A DNA stretch of 64,000 nt from Bilabrum cf. latius (lineage: Eukaryota): NCBI GenBank assembly GCA_965178125.1, contig OZ237760.1, positions 620,001 to 684,000 of the forward strand, given 5' to 3'. Both the position numbers and the translations under genes were made by a program. Below, in pieces: positions 24,729-37,900 of the stretch. Every line of letters begins with the position of its first letter. Positions within the stretch are counted from its first letter, which is position 1. Under the pieces are notes generated by a model, which ran no database searches, was not told the DNA's origin, and worked only from the letters and a program-made list of their open reading frames with translations.

Positions 24729-27700
24729 TCATCGGATCCGTCGCCCGTTCATGTCATACTCGACAGCAGCGCCACCACCCCTCCGCTTCGACGGCGACAT
24801 GAACCCGCTCTCACTCCCATCAGCGTTCGCAGCGCGACTGGGAGTAAGAGCACCCCCATCCCCGCCCTGGAAGTTGCCCTCTCCGGACCCACTGCGCGTG
24901 CGAACTCGAGGGCGGGCTGACGAGCTGCCTGCCTTGGGCGTTCGAGGAGGTACCGAAGGCGGCTCCGTTGCATGCACAGCCCGTCCGCTTGCAGTGCGCT
25001 GGATGCCGCGCGGGGCTCTCTTCTTTGATCCCAACCCGCTCGACTTGTTGTTGTCGTTCTCCTCATCCTCATCCGTCGCTGTCCCGGCGCGTGGCCTCTG
25101 CAGTGCCAGTGCTTTGGCGACGCGGCGGCGTTTTCGCGCGCTTGCAAGGGCTGCTCGCTGCTTACTCGAAGAGAGAGGGGCTCCAACAGTGCCCTGTGTG
25201 CTCTGCTGCTGCTAGCTGCCCTGTAGGCCGTGCTGCGCCTTGCTGTCTCGCTCGTGCGAATCGTTCGAGGACGACGATGCTTGAGAAGTCATTGTCACAC
25301 TGCCAGTAGCTCCCCCCACCACACCCGATGCGTTCTCACCTGCAGTATCTGCACTGTCGCCCCTCAATCCAGCCGAGTGGGCCCTGGCCAACAGACGCAC
25401 CAACGATCTAGGTGATGCGCCACTGAGCACGCCTGCCAGCTTATGGGCCAGCTGAGCGGATGGGCTGTCTGGGCTGGCGGATGAGGCACACGGCGCTGTC
25501 GTCGCAGTGCCCGGTGTGCTCGGCGCCTGAGGCTCAACAGGTGCACCTCTTCGTTCCTTTTCCTCCCCTGCCTCTGATTCTGCCTGCGCCCGAGAGCGCT
25601 TGCTGCCGGCCCGCAACTCCCTCAGCTGCATCTTCGTGCTCTCAACTACCGCCTCTATGCGCCTGCTAGAGAGAAGTACAGGCCTGGCGATTCCCATGGC
25701 AGCGTCACTTTCACTTGAGATGCCGACTCCACTAGGACTGCTGCTGCTGCTGCTTGCTGGCTAACCGTCGCTACCAGGAGACACAGCGGATGCAGCTGCA
25801 GGCAGCACCTTGAAGTCCATCGCCGATGCCATGGACTGCCTATCACCTGGTACCGTGTGGCCCGGCAGTGATCTGTGCTATGACGGGCGGGAGCTAGCCT
25901 CCTTGAGTTCCTCCTGTGCACTGGCGAGCTGTTCCCGGAGCTCCTTGGCCTCTACCTCCATCGCCTGCACCCTCTCCACGTGCTCTGCCTGCGCTTGCTG
26001 CAGCTGCTGCTTGAGACGGGCGTGTGCGCGCTGGGACTGGGGGGAGAACAGGCCTCCATTTCGTGACGAGTGCGTCCCGCCGGGCCGAGCTCCGCGCCTT
26101 GCGGCAGCAGCGGCTCCGCCGTCGCTCTGAATGGCCCTTGCACGCTGGCCAAACTGAAGGCTGCACAGGGTCTCGGCGGCATCGTCCGGCTCTGGGGACA
26201 CGGCAACGACTAGCGTGGTGCTGGCAGAGCCCCCCAAGCAGTCTTGCAGCAGCCGCGTTACGAGTGAATCGCGGTACGGGATGTGGGACATTGTATCCTG
26301 GGATTGGGAAGAGCTTGCTGCTGCCGCTGCAGACGAGGACGACGAGGACGTCGACACACCGCCATTACGCTTAGATTGCGCCGCCCGGCGCCGCGCATTC
26401 TACTTGTTCCGCTAATCTGCCTGCGCAAGCGCAGCCACGACATTGCCCAGTGCACTCAGGCTCTTGTTGATGGCCTGGGCCTCTTTCAGCCTAGCACCTG
26501 CAGCGACTGCCGCCGCGGACTTGCCTCCCATTCCACCGGTTGAAGAGGACGCCTGGGAGTCGAGGTTGGTGGACGACAGCCGCTCCGATCCTGCCAGATC
26601 GACGAGGACGAGCTTTCCGCGCTGGACGGTGGGGGGAGGGCAGGAGCCATCAGGAGCTTGCACAGAGGCCTTCGCGATTGCCACGCGCACCATCACGATC
26701 ATATGGGAGCGGCTAGAGACGGAGTTGATGCCGTTATCGGCGGTGGCGCGGCGCCTGCTGGCTTGCTCAAAGAAAGCCATCGCGTCCTGGTTGGAAGAGA
26801 CGGCGGTCCACTCGGCCCCCACTGGCACCACCTCGCCTTCGGACGTGACGCGGATGCTGACTCCGACCTGCCCTCCTTTCGCGCTAGACCCCTGCTCCTG
26901 GGTAGCACCCAGATCTCTGATGCGCTCGTTGTAGACCTCTAGCGCGGCAAGTGCGACGAGCCCAAAGCGCTCTTTGGATGCTGCATTCACGCCGCCGTCG
27001 TGGCCAGTACAAGGTGCGCCGGCGCTTGATGCAACGGCGGCGGCTGCTGCTGCGTCGATGGCGTCGTCCTCCATCTGAGCCATTCTATCGTCGAACACTC
27101 GCCTGGAAGCCATCACCCGCACGCCCCTGAGGTCAAGTTGCTGCAGGAGAAACTAGATCGACCTTGGCTGCACGCCACCCTGCCCAGCGCCCTCCCCGCC
27201 CACCATGCTGTGGGTCTTTCCGCTTCCAGTCTGTCCGTAGCATGCGACGCAGGACGTGCCACCGTCCAAGACACGCTCCACCGACGCATCCACCTCCTGC
27301 CACAGGTGCACCTGGCCGTGGGACGGGCGCAGCACCCTGTCAAAATCAAACACCTGCACGCTGCTTCCGTCTCCTTTGGCCGACCCTACGGGGGACCCCA
27401 GCCCAGCCAGGCCCGCCCTGCCCTGTACCCTCACAGCTAGCGACGACTCGCTCGGGAACTCGACTGCTTTCTGACCAGATCCATCCCTCCCAGACCGCCT
27501 GCCCCGCTTGCTGGGCCTCACCCTGGCGACCACCCTCACGCATCCTCTGAGCTGCTCGATGACCCTTCTGAGCCGCCTCGACTCGGCCTCTGCCTCGCCG
27601 ATCCTGACCTTGCACTGCCGCTGCAGGAGGTCTGCACGCGCCGCGATGGCCGCACCTGCCCGTGCCGCCGCGGTGCTGTTCCCCGCCTCCACGCCCAGCC

Positions 27701-30700
27701 TCCGTAGCCCTAGCAGCCGACCCCTGATCGCAACCACCTCCCTCCGTAGCGCAGCCAGGGTGTGCTGTGTGGCGGCGTCCATCAGCCGCTGCGAGCCCGC
27801 CTGGCCGACCACGCTCACCCTGCAGCCACCCACCATCGTCGATGCGCGAGTGGCACCCTCACGCACCCAAGTGGATTCTTTCTGTTCCGGCTCTGACGAA
27901 GACTGTCCGTTCCCATTTACGATGCAGTGCACCCAGCCAGGCACCACTGGTCTTGCTCCAGCGCTGCCGCTTGCCAACGGTCCTCGAAGCGGAGTGCCTG
28001 GCGCGCTTCCTCCTCTGCCTGCATCCGGCTGCCCCTGCAGCCCGATGGGGTGCCACTAGGGAACAAATGGGGACAGGAGGGCAACCGCTGCTAGGGGGGC
28101 GTGCAGGGCGAGACGCGCTGCCAGGTTCCACAGTAGCCTCGGGTGGTGGCTGGCCATTCTATCCAGCCGCAGCGCCACTTCCCCCTCCGTCTTCACCACG
28201 CGTTCCAGCAAGAGTCGCAGGGATCTGGAAGAGATTAGCTCGCACTCGTGCTGCCCGTCCTTAAATGGGGACGAGGAGGACGCTTTGGAGCTGGCGGCTA
28301 CTCCGGCAGGCACAGAGCCGGTGCTGCTCTTCTCGTTCCGGCCGCAGGTCGTCCACTCGACCTGGATCCTGGGAGAAAACCCAGTCCCACACGACGGACA
28401 CCTGTGCTGCAGCCCTGCAGCGCCACCACTGCCGATGGTCGTCTCGTCCCTTATCCCATCCGTGCTCCGAATCTGCTGCACCAGGCTGCCCTGGAGCCCG
28501 CAGGTTGGGTTGGGGCATCTTGACGAAGCAGCAGCAGCTATGCTCACGGATGTCCACTGCGGGAACGGGTGGGATTCCCCGCTGTCGCTCTGGTTTTCGA
28601 GTTCCTGCTGCAGGTTCACGTTGAGTTGCACCGTTCCTGTAGGTCCCACGGCCTCGAGCGGCAGTGCCTCCACGTAGGCCGTCTGCTGCTGCGTTTTGGT
28701 ACGTCTAGCGAGGTGCAACGCTACCTGGGACAGGTGGTTGCACGTCACCAAACCAGCCAGGTAGGCTGTCTCCGTCATGCTCCATGCCTAGTAGGAGGGC
28801 GCTTCTAGACTAGATGGTGGCTTCCCTGCCCTTTCCTGCACCTCTGACCACACGGCCTGCACGTCTGCTGCAGAGCACTTAAGCATGGCGCACTTGAGAG
28901 CGTCTCTGAAGACTTGGCCGGGACCGCGCTCATCTGACTGTCTCTCTCGCTCCAGTATGAGCAGAGTTGCTCGCAGAAGGCCGCGGTCGGCGGCCTGCCA
29001 CCCGTTCGGCGCTGCGAGCTGCTCGGCTGTCACGTACGCTGGGCTTGACAGTGACGTGGGCGAAGTATCCGACTCCCCATCGTCTGTCATGGCCTGTTGC
29101 ACAGGAGCTTCTGCAACAGATCCAGCTGCCGCTCCCACGGATGTTTCCTGCTGCTTGCGGGTTGGAGAGAACAACCGAAGCCGGCTAACCCCTGGTCTAG
29201 ACCGCAGCGGACTCGCTATGCCCTGCAGGACCTTTGCATCAGATACCAGGCGCCGCAGTGGCGTTCCGCTGCTGCTAGCATTGATCCCATTCTCTGCGCT
29301 TGAACCATAGGAGTACCCTTGTTCCCCTGCACCACTGTGTGACGATGATGAAGATGAGGAGGCAGACGGTCCGGACGAGGTAGCGTGGTGGACGGGCGAG
29401 TCGGTCCTGGCCAGGATCTCCGCTGCCGCCCTCCTCGCTCTGTGCATGTCGAGCCTCTGGCGACGCGCGGCATGCTTGCTCATGGCTGGACCAAGGCCGC
29501 CGCTAGCTCCATTGGAAGCATACCCGCCGGCTTTCGATGCATGCCCCACCGCTGCAGACCAGGTCGCCTTGCCTTCCGCAGCCCGAGCAGCTTTCAGCCC
29601 GCTCACACCACCTTCCACGTCCCCTCTTCCACTCAGCAAGCTGCCGCCAGCATCCGATCCTGCAGCGCTTTCCAGCACCAGATCGCCCAGCAAGGATGCA
29701 CGGGGGCCGTGCGCCACCAATCCAATGCCAGAAGACCTCCTGTGCTGCTCCGCCTTGCCCGCTGCACCAAAGAGCCTGGCAAACCAACCGAGAGGGGCTT
29801 TGCTGCCGCCACCAGCCGGACTGATGGAGCTAGAGCCCACGCCATCCAGCCCAATGCCGCCAAGCGACTTGCGCGACGCGGCGCGGGAACGCCGCCGCCT
29901 CGCAGCCGCTGCGTGTGACCTGGTGCCCGTGGATTCGCCCGACATTGCCCTGCCCCTGCTGCTGTCGCCTACAGACGCAGAATCGCAAGCGTCTTCGTCA
30001 GCGTCCACCCTGGACCGCAGCGCGGCGGCTTCTTCAGCACCAGTGTCGGGGTACATGTCTCTGCGTCCCTGGTACTGGTCCAGCACCGTCTCTATGGCGT
30101 CGCAGCGCAGCACGTCCTCCAGCGTGACCTGGTGCACTGCCAGTCGGGCCACGCTGCCCTCTTCCGTGGCGGCCCGCAGCCGTTCCGCGGTCTCGACCGT
30201 GGCTGCCTAAGGCGGCAGCACGACGGTGGTGGTGCAGTGGCCCAGCTCATGGGCGTCCGCTAGCAGCCGGGGCTTGGCACCCTTGGACTGGTCCAGCAGA
30301 GCGTCCACTAGAGCGGCGTGCGGGTCCTCGCCAGCGTTGGGCCGAGTCTGTCGATCCAGGAACCCGGCAAAGCACTGCGTCTGGAAGAGCTGTTCCAGGA
30401 ACGGACGCGCCTCAGGCGATGAAACGGAGAGCGCGCGCGCAGTGTCATACTCAACAGCTGCCATATTCGAGGCGGCGTGCTTCGGGCTTGCTGGACCTCC
30501 AGCAGCAGTGCCACTCGCCCCGACACCGGCCCTCTCATCGTCCTCCTGCCCCTGATCCCCGTCCTCTGTGATCAGAAACGCGTCGTAGTCGCCGATCAGT
30601 CGAAGCCACACGCGGGCTGTCGCATCGCATGCACTGGCCGCAACGGGAGGAGGCGCAACACTCACCCCGCCGCTCACCGTGCTCCTTGCCACGGGTGCCA

Positions 30701-32333
30701 CGAGCCCGCCGGCCGCGCGCCCACGCGACGATGCGCCGATCCCGTGCTTCGTTCTCGCCGCAAGCACGCGGGCCCGCCTGACCTCGTCCCTCCAGCACCA
30801 AGCTGGCGCGGCCGCGGCTGCGAAAGACGCAGTGCTTGCACTGCTGGTCCCATGGGACGGAGTGGATGCCGCGCTCCTAGACGTCTAATAATGCATGCTG
30901 CGTGGCGTGCTTGCGGCGCTGCTGCTTGCGCTCGCTGCTCCGCTCACAGCTCCTGTACCAGTGGCCGCTGCCATTTCAGCGATCTCGTCTGGGCCTGCCA
31001 CTAGAGTCGCGCCAATAGAGCCGACAGGCCCGTCGCCGTGGACGTACGCAGCCTCTACGCGGCACAAAGAAGCGACAGACACGCCAGCCGCCGCGTGCCC
31101 GCTGCTGAACGCGGCGTGCAGTTCCTTCATCGCCGCCCTTGGCAGCTCTGGTGCCTGGCACGCGGCGAGTTCCCTGCCATCCATGTCCCTTTCCTGCCTG
31201 GGCCGTATTAGGAAAAGGGTGCACGAATCGTCTGTGCCCGTGACGGCCGCCTGCTTTGGCCTAGCCGCCGGGCCGTGCCCAGGCTCTGTGAGCTCCTGCT
31301 GGCTCAAGACAACGGACTCGGCTGCAATCATGGGAGGCATAGGAGCAGCTGCCGTCATTGCGCCGCCTGCACTCGTCACGGCGCCGACCCCCATGTCCAC
31401 CACCAGCAGCCTGTCCGTGTTCGAGCCCTGACTGACGTGCTGCTCCAGCGCCTCCAGCCCCCTGTCCCTCTCCACTCCCAGGAAGAAAGGGCATGGGCTC
31501 TAAAGCAGGCACTCGAGTGGCACTGCCTCCGGCATGACTGGCACAAAGGCGTGCTGCCACTCGAGGGGCCAGAGGAGGGCCTGAGTCGCACGGGCGATGG
31601 GGGGGAGGGTCTCCTCGCAGGGACACAGGAGCACGATAGATATCTCTAGCGCCATGCAGCGGAGCAGCTGCGCGGCGCCCTCCGGGCCCAGCGTGCCGAG
31701 CAGAAGCGACACCTCATCGTCCAGGCTACCGCCAGGCGGCGAGCACAGAGGGGGCCGCTGCAGCTCGATCGCGTCCTCCAGCGAGTTGAAAATAACGTCT
31801 GATCTGTTTTTACCCTTGCCTTTGGCTTTGTTTCTGTGCGTCGACGGGTGGCTGGCGACCACTGGGAACGGTGAAACGTGCATCTTTCGCAAGCCGCGAG
31901 GAATCGACGGCAGATCGTGGCACAGCTGTGCCAAGCAGAAGGCAGTCTGCTGCACAGTGATTGCAGCAGAAGATTGTCCTGGTACTGACCTTGCAGCCTG
32001 CGCAATCGCACACGGCAAGGCGCTGAGCGCTCGCTCCATCGCGGGCAGCACCTCCGGGAATTTAGTCAGCATCACAACAGCGCAGCTTTCGAGCCTAAGC
32101 GCCGAGCAATGCAAGATGTTCCTAATTTCATCCGTCACTATAAAGCTCAAAACCTGTGGTTTCCCGGAACTGACGTTTCTGGACGTCAAAAACATGCCTA
32201 TCGATTCGGGGGCTGGCATTCTCGGCTCCGAGGGGGATTCTAAGTCTTTAAGAGGCCACCGCCACTCAAGAACGCACTATTTGCCTGCATCAATCCCTAA
32301 ACAACCGGCATATTGGATAGGAAGCCTTTGCAT
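24729..32333 (-). CDS. DENN-domain (DENND4/CRAG-like) protein fused to a kinesin-14-type motor, ~2,534 aa, intronless, 12 in-frame TAG
   Basis: Ten ORFs in one frame separated only by TAG. DENN core LLWPLEWQHAFVPVMP..L*SPCPFFLG; dDENN FLEQLFQTQCFAGF; DENND4-like C-terminal block SLRLLLERVVKTEG..HPRLLWNL; kinesin LRGCVRVVARVRP, YGQTGSGKTHSM, EVYNERIRDL, NSVSSRSH, LVDLAGSER, INKSLSALGNV, HIPYRDSLVTRLLQDCLGG. ATG 32333; TGA 24729. Confidence 0.8.
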
Positions 32334-32566
32334 ATTGCTGGAACTTCGATCTGAAATCTCCGAAACCAACGGTCTGTAAAATTGCAATTCCGAGTTGTTG
32401 ACCGGCTGCATGCACTGGTGGCCACTGACGGGCAGAGGTGACCCTGTGTGTACGATGCGTAGTCACGACTTCGATCCAAGCGTGATGGCAGGAAACGCGC
32501 CAATTGTATTAGAGAGTATGCATTGCAAGCACGGCAGCACTGCTGTAGGCCTAGAGCCAGCACTGG

Positions 32567-34252
32567 TCAGCACGCACCAGCAGCCGCCCCAGCTGCGACC
32601 ACGAACGCATACTCGTACGGCCCAAGCTAGAGCGGAGAGCCCGATCGCAGCGTGGGTGGATCGCTGAGAGTCGGGACGGCAAAGTCTGGCCCCGGGCCGA
32701 GAGCCAGGTCCTCCCAGCTGTCGCTGCCCGAGCGCCACTGGGCCCCGTCAGAGCTTAGCAGTGCCGACGACCCAACACGGCTGGAGCTGGAGGCGGCGGC
32801 AGCGCTGCTCCGCACCTGCCAGACGCACAGGGGGTCCTTGTTCCCCGGCAGGGACACCTCCATTGATTCGGAGCCGATATTCGCGAGCAAGTAGGTGGCC
32901 GCCCCCTTGTCGCCCGGCTGCACGCACCGGTTGCGGGGTAGGCGGGCCGCGGCAGAGCACGACGCGAATGCGTTCAGATCCGAGAGGTGGGCCTCGGCCG
33001 AGCCCTGGGCCTGGATATCCACGGTGAGAACCGTGCTACCCATCGTGCGCGCGTGCAGCATGGCCGTAAAGTAGGAGGGGTGCGGCAGGTGGGTGGTGCG
33101 GTTGATGAGCTCGTAGTCCCCCCCGATGAGCGTGCTCCTGGCGAACCGCTGCACCCCGTCGTTCCGCAGCTGCCCGAGCACAGTGGTGTACCACACCATG
33201 TCTGCGTATCGGTCCGTCCACCCTGCTGCGCCGCCCTGGGATGCGGGACCCACCTCGCCCGCCATGGCCTGCAGACCTGGGTACTGGCTAGCCAGTTCGG
33301 CGGTGTGGTGGCCGTTCACAGTAGTGCTGTGGATCGAGCTCGGGTCAATGAGCTAGCCAGCGCACGAGATGTTGCTTGATGAGCACTAGTAGTCGTGGTA
33401 CGTCGTATAATTCAGCACGTGCGCACATGTGTCTAGGAATGGCTAGAAGAACGCAGGCTAGAACCGCGAGTCTGGCCCCACGAGCATGGGGCGGCTCGAT
33501 GCGTCCGTCCAAAGCTAGCTGATGATTTCGCTGACCCGGATAGTGTCCTTGGCGAGGACAATAGGCTCGACCTTAAACCGGCCGTTCCCCAATTCGTTCC
33601 TGCGAAAGCTTAAGTGCGAAGCTTGCACCTCGGAGCTGCAGCTACGTGCTGCTGGAAGTGCGCGCTCTACAACACCGCATCAGATTTCTCACCCGAGCTC
33701 AAATGCTGCTACAGAGCTATTGTGTTCTTTTGCAAACTTCAAGAGGGCTTCTAGATTATCAGTCGACATGGGCGACGTCTTGTTTCCGGGCTCTCTGTGG
33801 TACATCCCATTCAGGCCAAAAAACAATTCTACACCTGTTTTGGCGCGAAACTCTTGGATCTACTACCATCGATCCATTGTAAGGCATTTTGTTTGGGGCT
33901 CAGGCTTTTGCGGCGGGTTGGTTACGTTGGGGCACTCGGTTTGAGATCCAATGACATACACGACTTGATCTGCCGGTGTACCTCCAATTCTCCATGTTGC
34001 GGGAGTCACCGCCTTTACTAGATTGATCAACTTTGGATCAGTCAGGTTTAGGGTCAAAATACCACCGTCGGGTGACCATTTGTCCCCGTAAGGCCCATAA
34101 TTAAGATAGTAATCGGTGGTGAACCCGACGAAGGCATCTGCGACTCGTCGGACAGCATGTTTAGCCGTACTCCCATTTATGGAAACACTGAAAGAAGAGC
34201 CCTTCGCTAGTAACGCACTCGAAGCTGCAGCTGCAACAAAGAATATTATCAT
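32567..34252 (-). CDS. GH79 heparanase/beta-glucuronidase-like secreted glycosidase; 2 exons
   Basis: Signal peptide; WRIGGTPAD; CLTMDRW**IQEF; FFGLN; catalytic FELGNE formed across intron 33600-33692; nucleophile region AGEVG; RSTLIGGDY; PHPSYF; C-terminal PL*LGPYEYAFVV...AC then TGA 32567. 8 TAG. Confidence 0.9.
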
Positions 34253-34942
34253 TGACCGTGCTGTAGACTGCCAAGTCGTCTAGGAAGGCGGCGGGGTTTC
34301 TATCCTGCAGAACTCCGAGTCGTCTCGCAACGACCTAGATCTAGCATTGGCCCATCTGAGATCTGTGTTCCCACGCTGTCCAATTAGAGCCGATTGGGGG
34401 ACAAGCAGCACTTCGATTCGCGTGCCGTGTTTTTGCAGCGTGGCTATGGGGGAAGCCGGGAGCGACAGCTGAATCACGCCCCCATTGCCAGAACCAAGCC
34501 ACTCTGTCAAGTCAGAGCATACTGCACTGGCAGCTAACAAACAAGCAGTCTAGCTTCAAGGCAAGTCACTCTTCAAGGGTTTCTGCTTGCCTTGTGCCCT
34601 AGCAAAGCGTCTGTCGGGGCCCCCGCGGGCGAGCTCCCTCCGTTGGTGCCCGCCACGAGCGGCTGCAGCGGGTTCACCTTGCTCCTCTCCGCCAACACAT
34701 CGATCCTCCGAAATTTTTCTGGGTTTGCGGCAACCATGGCCGCCCTGCGAGTAGCAGGAGAAGTCGATGGAGGGGCGGGGAGAAGCAAGGTGTCCGGGGC
34801 TGCGAAGCAAACTGCATTAGTCTATCTAGCTAGGACAGCTGGGCATGCACGAAAACAACAACAACAACAGCAGCAGCAGCAGTAGCAGCATTGGCAGATA
34901 AGCCAGCGGCAGCAGCGCAGATAGACGGGCAGAACCCTCGAG

Positions 34943-37900
34943 TCAGAATCTACGGTCCCTGTCAGACTGCCCATTCCCGGCCCGCTGGATCTGCTTGTCC
35001 CTGTCCCCACCGGTCGGGCAGCACCCGCAAGCACAACCGGCCCCATCGTGGCCGGAAGTCCCACCCCTCGCGCTGCACGTGCCGCTGCTTGGCCTGGATT
35101 TCCAGTCCGTGGGCTGTGCCGCGACGGGGAGGCTGGAGCTGTGCATGCGGGCCTGCTCCATCTGACGGCACGACTGGCCTAGCTGCTGCGAGCGCGCGGC
35201 GGAATATGACGGGGACAATCGACTTTCTAACCTTCTTTCATCTTCCGCGGTGTGGCACAGGCCACACCGGAAGTACGCTCCCAAGCACCCGCAGAGTGGG
35301 GGGTCGAACGGTTCCTGCGCCGACAGGAACTTGAGGGTGACGTACGGGTCCTCGGCACTTGGGCCGGTCTCCTCTGTGCCCGATCGCACCATCCACGCGC
35401 GGTAGAATTCAATGGGTGCTATGGCCACAACCACCATGAGCAGGTTTGTCAGCCAGAGTTCGGGGCTCCAAACAACGACGTTAAACGATCCCAAGTCGAT
35501 AAAGTTCGAGAGGGAGCTCGTGTTGTTGGCCATGATTCCCACGACGAGCGAGAGGATGTGCATCCCGAAGATGGCGATGATGTTGTACCAGGTCCAGATG
35601 CTGAGCTCGTACAGCATCACAAAGTCCTGCACCAAAACGTACCCGTTGAACATCACCAGCCCCAGCGACTCGTACACGCTGCCTTCTTCCCATCGCCGCG
35701 CCGACAGGAAGAGGATGAGCATCATCACGATGGCGTGGTAAGCCGCGCGCAGCAGCCATAGGCCGAACTCCCTGTAGTTCAGGAATGTGTTCTCGTTGCA
35801 GCGGCGGTACACGGTCGGGAAATTTACGGCGTGCACCTGGTTGATGTCCTTGTCCACGCAGAAGAATACGATGGGGACGAACAGGGCGGCGTTGTACGCA
35901 GCCACGCAGAGCGAGTTGAACAACGACACACCGCTGAATCCCGCCAGCCACTGGAACCCGATCTGGATGAAGCAAAACACGAAGGACTTGTAGAAGCTAT
36001 ACTGCGCGATCACCGCCGTCCTGTAGTACGAGTAGTGCCCGTGCACGAGGAGGAGCCTTTCCAGAGCGCGGAAGAACGCGACCTGATAATCGGCAGCGCG
36101 GGAAGCCTGCAATCCCTCCTTGCCTCGGATGCCCACTCCCACCTGCGCCTCCTGAATCATGCTGACGTCGTTGCCGCCGTCTCCTATGGCAAGGGCCACG
36201 TGGCCCGCGTCTCGGACCAGCCGCACTAGCTGGGCCTTCTGCGCCGGAGTGACCCTGCAGCAGATGACCGACTTGGCCTGCAGGCACAAAGCGGCAAACT
36301 CGTCCCGGTGAAACTCAAGGGCGATCCGGACGGTGTCACCCTTCACAATAATCGTGTAGGGCTCCTTGGCCGGGCCGCCAGAGGCGCCCGCGAGGGGGTT
36401 GCTGGAGCTCCCTGCACCGCTGCCCCCCGCGCTGGGCCCGGCGCTGACGGACGAGTCGGGCGCCCCCACGCCCCTAGTGCCGCACCACGCGGCACCAAAG
36501 ATGCGCAGCAGGCCGGTCCTCTCACCAGGCAGTTCCTCACCGAACTTGTACCCCTGCCCCTGCAGCTGCTGCTTGAGTTCTCTCAGCCGCGCGCCCACCT
36601 CTGTCTGGTCCTTGCCCGAGAGGACGAGGGGCGGGATGGTGTCGCTCTAGTTCTAGGCGCCTGCGCGCACCGGCAGCAGCCTGCACGTCTTTGCGATCGT
36701 GCCGGCGGTGCTCTGCTTGTCCCCCGTGCACATCCAGAACCTCACGTTGCCCTGCCTGAGCTTGGCGATCGTCTCGGGCACCTGGTCCTGCAGCTTGTCC
36801 TCCACGGCGGTGGCGCCCACCAGAACGAGGTCTCTCTCCATCCGCGCGAACAGCTCGTTGCGCTTGTCCTTCCTTCCCTCCAGGGCGGTGTTGGCCGCCT
36901 GGAACTCCTTCACGAACTCGGCGTGCTGGTCCTCTGATAGGTCCCTGTACCCGAAGACGAGCGTCCTGTAGCCCGCCTTGGCCCACCGGTTGACCCTGCT
37001 CTGTATCCTATCCCTGTGCGGCTCCTGCCCCTGCGCGGTCATGATCTCGCCCGGCTTGGTGTTGAGGAGCATGTCGTCAGCCCCCTTGACGTACAGGCGG
37101 CTCTGGCCCCTCCCGCCGGGGGTGCTGGGAGGCAGCCGCACCAGCACGGACATCCGCTTCCTGTCCGAGTCGAAGGGAAACACCGCAACCTGCTTGTACT
37201 CGATGCGCCCGCCCGGCTCGTTCACCGTCACGGTCTGCTCATCAGTGCCCCCGTCCCGGGCCAGCAGCGCCACGCCCAGCTGGGCCGAACCCTTGAGGAA
37301 GGCCTCCTCGTCGGGGCTCGACGCCTTGTACTTGACGGGTATCTCGTCCAGCCCCGCCAGCTTGCCGGTCGCCGCCGGCATGCTGAGTGCCGCTGAGGCG
37401 GCCGCGCCACCGCCGCTCCCTGCCGCCGGCTGGTTCTCCTTCGGCTCCGGCCTCACGTCGTTGTTGAGCGACATGTTCCTCAGCATCTCCAGCACGCTCG
37501 AGGCAGTTGCGCCGTCCTGCGCCTCCCTCCGTGTCCTCGCGGCCACGTGGTTCGAGAGGAGGGACGTGCGGCCCATGCCCACGGTCGATGGGGTGGGCGA
37601 GGCGGAGCCGCTCCCGCCGCCGCCCATCCGCTTGCTTTCGGAGTGGCCGGCGGCACCACCACCACTGCCGCTCTCGCTCTCCTCCTCCTCCGCCTGCGCC
37701 TCCTCCGAGCTGGGCATCACGGAGTCGTCCTCACCGTACGTGTCCTGCGCCCTGCCCAGCACGGTCACCATCTTGAGCACCATGATGTTCTGCGTGAGCG
37801 TGCCTGTCTTGTCGGTGAGCACGTACTCGATCTGGCCCAGGTCCTCGCTGAGGGCTGTGCTGTTTGGGATGGCCGCCGAGTCGGTGACAGGGTCGTAGAG

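Noticed and set aside
34592-34890. Plus-strand ORF ending in poly-Gln with an embedded TAG (CAA/CAG run then TAG CAG)
   Set aside because: It has no ATG start or homology and lies antisense to the 3' region of the P4-ATPase. It is more likely the complement of a minus-strand Cys tract or a UTR microsatellite, so I did not use it as code evidence.
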